Positions 12,326-24,491 of a DNA stretch of 64,000 nucleotides are shown piece after piece; positions within the stretch are counted from its first letter, which is position 1; every line of letters starts with the position of its first letter. The position numbers and the translations under genes were made by a program. The notes under the pieces were generated by a model. The model had not been told where the DNA came from and did no database searches. It saw only the letters and a list, made by a program, of their open reading frames with translations. This DNA is from Octopus vulgaris (Eukaryota), in assembly GCA_951406725.2 (NCBI GenBank), contig OX597816.1, positions 109,430,001 to 109,494,000 on the forward strand. The letters run 5' to 3'.

Positions 12326-12619
12326 TATATATATATATATATGTATATATATATGTATATATATATATATACAGTCACTCTCTCTCAGACATACACATAT
12401 CTATATCCAGAATGAGGGAGAGAGGAAATGGGAGAAAGAGAGAGAAAGAGAGAGAGAGAGAGGAAGAGAGAGAGGGGGAATATTTTAGCCAGGTCGAGCC
12501 ATTACGGAGTATATAAAACCAGCGTCTTGAAACGTTGTAGCAATATATTTGGAATATTCAAGTTAAAGACGAAGAAGATCACAGAAAAAAATATCCACGT
12601 AAACAGATGTGTATAAGTG

Positions 12620-13045
12620 AAATTCCAAAGACAAGTATGCATAGTTTGTAGTTTGGGAGTGTAGTTTATGACTTACATAATGTTGTAGTCAGAAGGAGAT
12701 GTAGTGTGTGTACGAAGAGGAATTAGGATCTATTTTTTTGATATCCAATGGCTGGAGGTGGTGGTAGCTGTACTACCACAAGACTTCGTTTATTTCTTGC
12801 CAGTTTTTAATCGTTCGTTAGTGTTTTATTATGTGGATGGTTTCTTTGATACGCCATTAATCGATATTTCTGTCTTTGACCTTCGTCATGACGGTAGTGT
12901 TCGAGCATAGACGTTGTGCAGTTGTTTTTTTTATTCTAATACTTACGTGAATAAAATATGTTTTTGTATTCCTTTGTGTTAGGGATGAGTCGTGTAGCCG
13001 GTGTAACTTGTGCTGTATTTGCTACTATGTATCTGACACACGATA
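12620..13045 (-). mobile_element. Possible Penelope-like element remnant (GIY-YIG endonuclease C-terminus)
   Basis: Minus-strand translation has YTGYTTHP...IQKH and IKETIHIIK, resembling the YIG and E-x-x-x-I motifs. Heavily decayed. Confidence 0.35.
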
Positions 13046-13777
13046 GAATTTAGGAAAAAAATATGCATCCTTTCGGGATGGAAAAGTGAACCCACGTGTA
13101 TAAAGTTCTGTTATCGGAGGTTTACTTCAATTAACATTTCTGTCCGCTGCCAATCTAGCCCTTTCTTAAGGATTTGTATTTCGCATAGATAAACGTGGTA
13201 TACCTAGGAAATAAATGCTGCAAGAGTTTAATGTAATGTGATTTATTTTCAAATATTGCCATAAACTGTTTATTGCGAATGATCACGATTCGAGTAAATA
13301 TCCTCATGCTGCATCTGCTATACTAAGATCCAATAACTAATCTGTATTTGATTGAAATTTACATGGTATGGATGGTCTTCAATTAATTTCATTTCATATT
13401 TTGGAGGTAGCAAACATCTACATAACGCTATCTAGTAAATAAGTGTACAAGATATTTAAGAAGAAGCGTATAAATTATAAAGAAAATTGCCCAAAATATA
13501 TGAATGTGATTGGTAAGATATAAAAGTAATTTAACATGTAGACTCCTACAAACTAAAACTATAATTTAGTACTAAAATATAGAAAACAACATTGATGAAT
13601 AATACAAATAACTATTAATATTACAGCATAATAACTTGGTAAAATATAATTGTTCCGGTAGATTGATTTACTCAGTTAGAGGTGAAAGGATGAACTGAGA
13701 ATACATAGATGCATACATACATACATACATACATACATACTTGCATACATACATACATACATACATACATACATACA

Positions 13778-13810
<33 letters not shown>

Positions 13811-13815
13811 GTATA

Positions 13816-13977
13816 TATAAACAAAACATTTGAAATAAGATGTCACTAGTGTTAATATCATGTGTGGAAAAAATCAAATTGATGGTATCAACATTAGTAA
13901 CATAGGAGGTTCCACAGATGATATTAACTGTAGTGACATCTTATTTCAAACCGTAGTGTTTCAATGTTTTGTTTATA
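13816..13977. repeat. Inverted repeat with about 54-bp arms (13816-13869 and 13910-13977); MITE/foldback-like
   Basis: tgaaataagatgtcactagtgttaatatcatgtgtggaa is the near reverse complement of ttccacagatgatattaactgtagtgacatcttatttca. The right arm has a short insertion. Confidence 0.8.
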
Positions 13978-14071
13978 AATATTTCTGCATCATGTGCTGT
14001 ATTTTTGGCGCAAAACAAAACCGGAATATAACGGAATATAACGTGACAGTCTTGAATTTTTACTAGGTGGT

Positions 14072-14127
14072 CAGCACTGAAGAGGCTCAGGGATTAAATT
14101 TCCAAAAGCCGAAACCCAGGTATTTAT
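14072..14127 (+). ncRNA. Hammerhead ribozyme-like motif (core, stem II and stem III present; stem I decayed)
   Basis: CTGAAGA-ggct...agcc-GAAA-cc-ca-gg-TA. Confidence 0.5.
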
Positions 14128-14245
14128 TTCTCTGTTATCTTGATGCTTTACGGTGGTTTAATTAAGGATTTAACTCTTAATTCTAGCAGGTTGATGCTTT
14201 CCTGCATCCTTCGTGCTGATTTGTAATTTATATATTTAGATATAT

Positions 14246-14445
14246 AATCAAGACATCAGAAAGAAGTATGGGGAATTATATCTTTAAAAGCTGTTTATTG
14301 CAATATTATTCTTATTAAATTCACATTGAATTTCAATCCGACAAGTGTAGGAGTGGAATTTAATGTGAATTTAATGAGAATAATACTGTAATAAACAAAA
14401 TTTAAAGACGTATAATTCTCCATTCTTTTTTATGACGTCATGATT
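14246..14445. mobile_element. Palindromic (foldback) MITE-like element, about 200 bp
   Basis: The left half (aatcaagacatca...ttattaaattcacattgaatttcaatcc) is the approximate reverse complement of the right half (ggagtggaatttaatgtgaatttaatgagaataat...tgacgtcatgatt), with a loop of about 10 nt. Confidence 0.8.
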
Positions 14446-14664
14446 TTACACTCTGTATTCTGTATGAAATCCAAGGAAGCAAACTCAGAATTTACCTATT
14501 GAGTGAAGTACCGTGTAATTGTTCATCTTAAACAATCTTGTATGTTTCCTATCATTTGGTGTACGCACTTGCTAGTAACGTAGTTGCCCGGTTTCCAAAT
14601 ACATTCTTCTTAACGTTTTATATATAAATATTATTATTTATACATATACACACATACACAAATA

Positions 14665-14707
<43 letters not shown>

Positions 14708-15386
14708 GCGCGTGCGTGTGTGTGTAGGGAAAGGGGCAAATAATTACAAGCTTTTATCACGTCAATCCAAATTTTACAATAATTTATTTCAGGACTTAAG
14801 ATGATATAGAGTATTGCAGATAACTGCTATAAATCATATTAATGAAAACAAATGAAGTACTGGGATATTGAGATGTAGATAAGGCCAAAATACCATAACT
14901 TTCTAATACGGCATTGTGAAGAAAAATGTCTGTATTTATATTAAATGAACTTGACATACAAAATATACTGTGCAGCGAATGAAGAATATAAAAACAGAGT
15001 TTGAATCTGTAAGACAAAACAAAGAAAAATATATTTAATACATTCACATAAATGACTGCATAAATCAATTGAGGTATCTAAATTTATTAAAACAGTAAAC
15101 CTCAAATTACGTGGTGGACGTAACATTACTGTACAAAGATTCGTTTTAATTGAGTGTACTATCAATGTCTTTAAATCAACTGGATCAGCGTCAGAAAATT
15201 ATTGATACTTATTTTAGAAGCGAAGGTAAACTAATCGTAGAATTGATCACATCATGATTTCAGCACGTAACTTTGAGAGCGGCTATATCAACCAGCGTGC
15301 ACACCACCAAGTTTCTAAACTAATTACATGATATTATACTATTCTTAAAGGTCGCACACACATACACACATACACACCCACACAAA

Positions 15387-15446
<60 letters not shown>

Positions 15447-16276
15447 TATGTATATATATATATATATGTAATCATTGAATGATACGCCAATTCCTTTGTC
15501 TTGTTCGAGGATCCACTGCATCTCAGCCCTCTCGTATGTATACAACTGCAAATATATGACAGCATGATCACTACTATGAAATGGCAGAGACCAACTGCTC
15601 GAATGAGATGACGTCACTGAGACTAGCTTTCATCTTTGCCCAGAGCTGATTTCTTTTTTAACCTTTATGGAAGCTGCGATATTGGAAATACCAATATCTT
15701 TTATACCGTTCTACAACAACCCACAGTATTTCTATATCTCTGTGTGCGCATATATAAAGAGATAGATAGATGACTTGATAAATGAATTACACGTGATGCC
15801 ATACGTCTTACATGCTCACATACACGCACAGATGTAACATTTATTCAAATAAATCTGGAATGGCATACATGCATATATGTACATATTCACAGACGCATAC
15901 ACATTTCATATGCTTTCAAGAATAAATCACATGTACACAGTACAGTGACGTGTCCAACAAAGTTGTATCGATGACATGCCCTAAATACAGCACATGCAAT
16001 CGCAGCCAAGTTGACCAAAGTGAATAGAACTCTACACCTATCTAACGTGACCTGCTTGCCACGCGAAAGAAACATTATAATGTCTTACTAATTACTTTAT
16101 TTGATATCTGTCAAGGCATTCAATATGCCAATACGAAGTTTCATTAGATATTGGCATGATATTTCGATACTAGAATTTTTTTCTCTGCTCATACGGACAC
16201 AAATGGTTATCTATATGCAACCATACGTATACACGCACGCACAAACATATATCCACAACTATGTCATATGTGTAAG

Positions 16277-16310
<34 letters not shown>

Positions 16311-16910
16311 TATGTATATATACATATACACATACATACATACAGACATACATACATATAATCAAACATATATAAATGTGCTTATGCGTGTATTTGTATG
16401 TGTGTGAACATATATGTGTGTGCGTGCGTACGTGCATGCGTGATGTGATGAATTGGTAGAGCAGTTAGAAAAATATACGGGAATAGCTTGCCTTTTCGTT
16501 TCGGCTCTGTAGTTCGAGTTCAAATTCCTTTAATATTATTTAAAAATCTGGACAAAATAAATGGTAAATAGATCATACCATGATATGAGCAAAAGATATT
16601 GAAGACGACTGCATGAATCATGACTCTCTTGATATAGATTTTAAAGATGTTCTAAGACAGCACTTCCAACACTGCCTGAGATAACTGAGAAATGAATAGT
16701 GTAGATACACTTTGAATTATTACTGGAAAAATATTAAACTACGAAGGTTACAGACCGATGTGGAACCTTCAGTTTTCCTCTTGAGCAGCGAAAACATTTT
16801 CGTTACAAATCTGTTTCAGAGATTGCGGAGGATTGTTCGTTCATCAAAGATGTATCCCTTACACTTTAGTTACTCCGAGTGTTAGTAACAAAAAATTGCT
16901 GCATTTCTGC

Positions 16911-17093
<183 letters not shown>

Positions 17094-17413
17094 ATAATTA
17101 TAATAGAGGGCACACGAGGCACCTACTTGATAGAAAGACGAGCTAAATCCTCAACTAAACCACCAAATTACACTGAAATACACAACGGATCAACAGAAAT
17201 CGGGCAAATGAGTAAAGATTTACTAATCATCACAGCTCAAAGCTGGAGAATGAAGAATCCGATACACCTGGATCATGATTTCGAATTCTAGTTACCGCCT
17301 CAATTCTCCTCATCAAGCATCACCGTATGAAAAATCGAACTCACCTCGCTGGAATCCGTGGCGTTCTGAATTGTTTCGCGCCAAATTCAGAACGACTTCA
17401 CTGTATAATATGT

Positions 17414-17645
17414 ACACAGGCTTCTCCAAAATTTACCTGACAGGTAAATCGAGAGCATTTAATTCCACGATTAAAACAAAAAAAATATTTTATACGAAAC
17501 TTCGCTAATAAACAAAAATAAAAAAAAAACAGGTGATTTTAACTCACAGCATTCAGTTATTAAACATTCATAATTGGAATGAATAAATAAAATTGAATAT
17601 TTAGTATTTATGGAATTTTGATTTACTGACTTTTGACCAACTCTG
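17414..17645. mobile_element. Tc1/mariner-type MITE, same family as 40767-40999
   Basis: Right end tttactgacttttgaccaactctg|TA; degenerate left end TA|cacaggcttctccaaaatttacctgacaggtaaatc. Confidence 0.55.
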
Positions 17646-17904
17646 TATGTAAGAAGTAAATATTCAAATATTTTTGTTGATCTGTTGTGTATTTCAGTAT
17701 AAGTCGGTGGTTTCGCTGAGAATTTAGTTTCTCTTTCTTGAAAGTAAGCGCTTCGTGGGGCCTCTATTGTAATTGTAAATTTTATTCTCTTGGTACTTAA
17801 CGCAATTATTACTTGCTACCACCTATATTTTTGTTACTATTATCATCAATTATTTATATTTATCGCTGATAATAATTTCAATACTAATATCTATTCCGCT
17901 ATTC

Positions 17905-18137
17905 TTTTATTATTTTACTTCTTTCAGTCATTTGACTGCAGCCATGCTGTTGCACCGCCTTTAGTCGAACATATCGACCCCAGGATTTTGTAAGCCTAGT
18001 ACTTATTTGTACTTACAAGGCTTTGGTCAACCCAAAGCTATAGTAGGAGGCACTTGCCCAAGGTGCCACGAAGTAGGATTAAACCCGGAACCATATGGTT
18101 GGAAAGCAAGCTTCTTACCACATAACCACTCTTGCGC
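17905..18137 (-). mobile_element. tRNA-derived SINE with an internal deletion
   Basis: Minus-strand head gcgcaagagtggttatgtggtaagaagcttgc...ggtttaatcc (A/B-box-like), then ggcaccttgggcaagtg. The tail ggcggtgc..cagcatggctgcagtcaaatgactgaaa is shared with other copies in the window. Confidence 0.8.
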
Positions 18138-21039
18138 ATATTTATATGAATATCCATGTATGTGTACGTCTATGTACGTGTAATTATCTTTATCTTCGCA
18201 TGCGTTTATGTGTATATTCATGCATACACATATGTGTATTATATAAGTATGTATGTATCTCCATATATATATATATATATAGATAGATAGATACATACAT
18301 ACATACATACTTACAAGGTGAGTAAAAGTGTACGTACGCCGCTACATGTATATATATATTTAAAAAAAGAACAAAATCGCAACAAACGACAATAAAACAT
18401 CCGAACAGATAGAGGATACAAAGACGGACGGGAAAAACAATAAAAAGACGGACAGGAAAAAATAAGGACGAGTCATTTGCAGTCTTCTCTCATCAGTCGA
18501 GTTTCCAGATCATCCTTACTATTTCGGCCAGTTACACTTGAGACTGTTCGAATCTGGTTGGCCCCAAAAATCTAATGTAAGAGTATTAAATTTTTGGAAG
18601 AAAGCAATCGAATATGTACAACAACATAGACAAAAAAAAAACGGAGAAAATGTTGCACAATTACAAATACAAACAACTAGAAAATAACAACAGGTGTCCT
18701 TTCAACCAATAAAGACGAATCAAGTTGAGCTGGCGTGTGTAGAGCGAAAGCCTTGAGGAGATGAACGTAAGAGATGACAGTCATGAGACATGAATATAAG
18801 AGATGCTTCGCGGCCGGCAGTCGAGCTAAGAAAGAAAGATCATATTTGGCCGAACACCGGTCACGTGGAAGGAAAGGAGGGAGGTAGGGGCAGAGGGATT
18901 GGAGAATTAGGGGAAGAACGAGAAAGAGAGGAAATCAAAGGGATATAGAGAAAGGTACAAGGGAGATAATTGAGGTGGGAATGTCGGCAGATTAAAGAAA
19001 GAGAATGCCAAGAAATGTTAGAGAGGGAGAGCGAGAAAAAGAAAAGAGGAAAGAAAGAAGAAAATATGAAGGGGACTAAAAGAATGAGTAAAAGAGTTGT
19101 ACAGAATTTAGATACATGCTTACTAATTAAGTACTTACTAACTAGGTACGTAGTGTAGTACTGTTTTTTATGCAATTAAAGATGATTATTTGTAAAAACC
19201 TGTGAAAATACTGGGGTTCTTTTGAGACTATAAAAGTTTGGAAGGTCACACAAAACCACGAAGTGCATATTTTCTTTTAAAATTGCATTTTGCCGAAGCG
19301 ACCGTGATATCTTCAATTGTAATATTGGAAGTGTAGTCTTAAAGGAGAACATCTTTAAAACCTATGTACCTTGATATAGATTTGTCACCTTTTATACAAC
19401 GAAACTTGTTACCTGATATTTTAATCTTGAAGGCAAGAAGTCAACGTACTCTAGAGATTCAAGTAAATGATCATGAAAAAATACTAGTTCGCTTCTTGTA
19501 CCTTTTCCGTTTTATAATTATTGCAAATGTATTGAAAGTCCTTAGTAAATAACAAATGATTTGAACAATCTTAACAATAGATAGAAGTCTTCAGTATGAT
19601 TTTGAAGCACTGAACAACAAGCATATTTCAATATCAGACAAAAACACATATGGCTCCACTTGAACTCACAGCCTCAGAAAGTTTCCATATACTGTAGATG
19701 TTGATCTTTCATAGACTGTATTATCAGTTACCTTGAAAATATTCTCCAGTAAGGCTGTGTCAAAACCTGTCTTTTTTAACATTTAAAATACTCAAGCGCT
19801 GCTCGTGCCAACAAATCACCATCGAATCACCACACTCATATTAAAACATGAGCCACACTCAGCAAGGAGAACTTTCACAAGCGGTGTAAATGCTGGACCT
19901 TAGTATCGCCGAAAATCCCTTTTGACCAAAACACACATTCTTAGCATAGCTAAGGCCGTACTCCCAAAACTAGCCCTCCTTTAGGGTTAGACGATATTTC
20001 AGATGCTGACACTCTACAAGGCTTTGTTGAGGCGGACAAAGGCGTACTGCTCCTTACTAGCGAATGAACACTTTCTATAGTAGAGAAGAGCATTTTATAT
20101 TGAATGCCAAACGTGGGATAAATAAACACCTCTTCCCATGGCTCGTGGGTAAATGTGAAGAATTTGTCTTTTAAACACCAAGAAATAATGAATAGATAAA
20201 CCATTATGGTTTACTTGAAATACCGAAACGAAAACGAAGTATTGTCTATTATGGACAATAAAAGTACAGATTACACGACAGGAGAATATATTTTGTGAAA
20301 ATTAAAAGCATCTAATTAGAAACAATATTAATGAAAGTATTAGCATTTTAAAATTTAATAAGATACAACAGACAAATTCATTTTAAATGCATGTAGTTTG
20401 CATGAAACACACTTTTAGTTAATTTAGAAGTGTTTAATTAAAAGCAGCTTTGTAAATAATGATGAATAAGTCAGCAGAAATTATGAGCGTTCTCTGTTTG
20501 TAACCACTACAGTACCAACATTGTAGAAACAACATTTTATTTTTATTTCGGTCGTTTTTATATATTCCCCATGCTTTTCACATTACGCCTCAATCCTTCA
20601 ACTCTACTAATTCTGGTCATTGAATAAATATAATTTAACCTTTGCCCAACAAGAAAATGTCCATCAGTTTTTTTTTTACTTTACATCTTGTTTATTTTTT
20701 TATATTATATGTATTTTTCGTTCTTGCTTGGGTTATTCTCTAAACAAACTTTCCCTAAATCCTTCTGGATTTCCAGAGGTTCCCCGAATCTTCGTCTCTT
20801 TTTTCTTTTCCCTTCTCTGTATTGTCTCAATACGTTTTGCTGAACGAAGGAGGGTGTAAGTGTGGAAGCATATGTTAGTCTTCGTGAGTCTGTGTTTATG
20901 CATGTGCGCTGGTACCTGAAACAAAATAAATCAAGCCTGACAAGGGAAATAACTCTCATTCGCCAAAATAACTATATCCACTTTCAGTATAACAAATATA
21001 CATACATACATACATACATACATACTTTCTTTTATTCTT

Positions 21040-21265
21040 TTATTCTTTTATTCTTTTACCTGTTTCAGACATGTTGAATGCGGTCATGCTGGAGCACCGT
21101 CTCTAGTCAAACAAATCGAATGCAGGTCTTATTCTTTGTAAGCTTAGTACTTATTCTATCGGTCTTTTGCCGAACCGCTATGTTACGGGGACGTAAAAAC
21201 ACCAAAATTGGTTGTCAAGCGATGTTTGGGGGACAAACACACACACAAATATATACATACATACA

Positions 21266-21333
<68 letters not shown>

Positions 21334-21615
21334 GATATACACATACATATACATACATATCCTTCCATTGTTTTATTGGTCGAACAAATCGACCGTAGGA
21401 CTTATTCTTTGTAAGTCTAGTACTTATTCCATCGGTCTCCTTTGCCGAACTCCTAGCTAACGGGTATGTAAACACACCGGCATCAGTTGTCAAGCGGTTG
21501 TGGGGGGACAAATACAGACACACAAACATATATACATACATGTATACGACGGGCTTCTTTCAGTTTCCGTTTACCATTTGGTGGGCTCTAGGCTATAATA
21601 GAAGACAGTTGCTCT
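21040..21615 (-). mobile_element. Two tandem partial copies of the same SINE family separated by (TA)n
   Basis: Blocks ttattctttgtaag...ggttgtcaagcg...ggggacaaa at about 21130-21240 and 21400-21515. The segment acgacgggcttctttcagtttccgt matches the SINE body at about 27560-27590. Confidence 0.8.
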
Positions 21616-21859
21616 AGGACTGGCTTAAGCTGCTAAAGCTGCTTGCGGCAGATCTCCTTTGTTATTGTTTGGTTTGGGTCTAAAATTTCCAAGTGGACTA
21701 AGCTTTATATATCCCGCCAGACAGATAGCAACACCTTACGTGGCTGAAGACCTTCTTTAGCCTGGGAAGCCGGTGTTTTTTCCTTTCCCTACCCACTGTC
21801 TTCGGCGCTCGACAGTTTATAGGGAACCCATTTCTCGTCGGTCCAAAAAAAGTTCATTC

Positions 21860-22257
21860 ATGAGACGTGAGGGTAGAGAACAGCACACATTCGCTCTCTG
21901 CGCGTGATTAGACTCGGAAAGTTTGTGAGGAACCCATTGGCCCAATTTGCTGACTTTTCCATTGGCACGCAGGTGATGATGAATGTCTGATCCCCATTTA
22001 CTGCATTAGTACTCCTCGCACTTTCCGTTGCGTTCTTGTCTTTTTTAAACTCATAAAGCAAAATATGCTCTAAATACTCCTTCGTCACTACCATTATAAC
22101 TTGGAAAAAATAACTGCTAAAATCGAACTGCACTCTTCAAAACCTGCACTAAGAATAAATACAAGGTAAAATTACTACCTGCTTTTATGATAAATTGATG
22201 CAGGTAGTTTATCCCGTCCCCCCTCCGACAATGCATTATTTTTATGATGACCCAATA
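21860..22257 (-). mobile_element. Mariner remnant with an internal deletion
   Basis: TIR-like TA|ttgggtcatcataaaaataatgc; MVVTKEYLEHILLYEFKKDKNATESAR (ORF 21858-22133); after a frameshift KVSKLGQWVPHKLS, the mariner WVPHEL motif. Confidence 0.85.
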
Positions 22258-22272
22258 TACATACATACATAA

Positions 22273-22327
<55 letters not shown>

Positions 22328-22332
22328 GTGCG

Positions 22333-22372
<40 letters not shown>

Positions 22373-23577
22373 GGAGAACATCTGCCGGCGTATGAAGTGC
22401 ATTTTCACTTACGACGCACTTCAATTTTTAAAGCGTATTTTTGTTTTAAAGTGGATTTTTAGGGGTAAAATTTTTTTATTCTGTCCATGTAAATATAACG
22501 CTGGGTGAGTATTCTGGATTAAAGTATGAAACAGTAAATTTACGCAAAGCTACATTAAACTTGTACTATATTTCAAACTTACCTTTTTGCTAAATTGTAT
22601 ATTTGTTTATGATTTTGCTGAAGAATAATTGCCAGACAGGAAGTAAAACTCGTATTTTGGTGCATGATATTTTGTGTTATCGCAAGTGGTCTTCTGAGTG
22701 TTACGCAACCGATATGGCTTCGTTGTCAGCCACTCATTGAAACAGCAATGAGAGGCTAACTATCGGCCTTTCACCTATTCTGAAAAGCCGATAAAAATTT
22801 AGCATTACTTTTATCATTCATGATAACTTTCTACTTAGTTAATTAAAAGACAAAGTTTCTCAATGGTGATTCATTAACAATCTAACGTACATATCAGGTG
22901 TAGGTTATATTGCCGACTACTGTAAGCAGTATTTTGTAAATGTATTCAAACAAACTGTGATAGTGTGGTTTGTTTTCAATAATTCATTATCAGTAAGAAT
23001 TATTGTACCTAGCAGACTTATACTTATCGATCTCAGCTAACCTACAACAAACGGACTCATAGCTGAGTGCCTAAGTTCTAATGAAGCTGCCAGGTGTTAC
23101 CCAGGCACTCACCTATGAATTTTCCGCACTTTACAACGGCAAAAACTGTAAGCCAATGAAGTTTATACGATAACGGTTTATTTCTTTGTCATCGCTTTTT
23201 TTCCTCATTACCGCTCTGTTCTCGACTAACGCTTCGTTCAGAAGCATACGTATATTGAATTTTACACCCAGGTTATTAGTATCAAAATGCCTAAGAGAAT
23301 TATTAAACACACAAACACACACACACGATCCATTCAAGGAAATATTCTATGATAAGATGCACTTGATGAACATCAACAGAAACAGAACATACCCCAGACA
23401 ACCTGAATAAAAAAAAAGAAAACGACAAACCGAAAATATATAAGAGCAGCGAAAAGAAATGACTGCGGTGTTATGAATGACAATGCACAGTCTTTGAGAA
23501 CATAACGTTAGTTCAAATTTTGGCACAAGGCTAGCAATTTCGAGGAAGCGGATAAGTCGATGATATCCATCTCGCTG

Positions 23578-23720
23578 CTCCACTGGTACTTATTTTATCA
23601 AACCGAAAGGATGAAAAGCAAAGTGGACCTCGGCGACTTTTTTGCGCTCGGAAGGTAAAAGCGGACGAAATGCCGCTAAGTATTTTGCCCGGCATGCTAA
23701 CGATTCTGGCAGCTCACTGC
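23578..23720 (-). mobile_element. tRNA-derived SINE carrying a Meta/MESC-like central domain
   Basis: Minus strand gagctgccagaatcgttagcatgccggg...gccgaggtccactttgcttttcatcctttcggtttgataaaataagtaccag. Related decayed copies lie at about 16445-16530, 31212-31360 and 53797-53920 (+). Confidence 0.7.
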
Positions 23721-24125
23721 ATTCGTCAGGAATACACTATTACCAAGGTCCTCACCTTCAGAAGAGACTATTTCTACTAGCTGATTTGATATTCCTCCAA
23801 CACAAGGAAAACCAAAAACCGTTCACATAGGGTTCAACGGTACGTGAAGCAAACACTTCTTGATGTTCTGTTGAGGGGACTAGACTATTTAGTGTGTTCT
23901 TCAATTTATAGTTGTTATACAAAAGTTCCTTGTATTTTTGTACTATATACACTGCAATGAAACATAAGCTGAATTTGGTGCTTTCTCCCATTACTCATTT
24001 AGAGTATTTTAGGTGCATATTTACTCATGTCTATTTGAGATTCCAATATAAAAGATGTCAATATAATTTGAAGTGTCATAAATGTATTTAGGACTTGTAG
24101 ATATATATATGTGTGTGTGTGTATG

Positions 24126-24214
<89 letters not shown>

Positions 24215-24456
24215 ATATCTATAGACACACACACACACACACACACAAGATTTACGGAACGGAGTAGGAAAAATCCGTTCTACAAATCTTTTATACCGCA
24301 AGGATGTACATGTTGACGCAGAGAGGATTCAATAAAAACAAAAATAATCCAGAACCTTCCATCTCAATAAACCACTATTGTTCCTGACAGCTATTTTAAA
24401 AAATATTTACTATGGATCGCTCGAAGCTAACTTTCTTCCTACACCTCGATCCCTGG

Positions 24457-24491
<35 letters not shown>

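Noticed and set aside
15609-15616. TGACGTCA CRE site (also at 14433-14440)
   Set aside because: An isolated 8-mer is expected by chance, and one copy lies within a MITE arm.
18060-18137. tRNA gene
   Set aside because: A/B-box-like motifs run into a SINE body shared by other copies, and there is no acceptor stem or cloverleaf.
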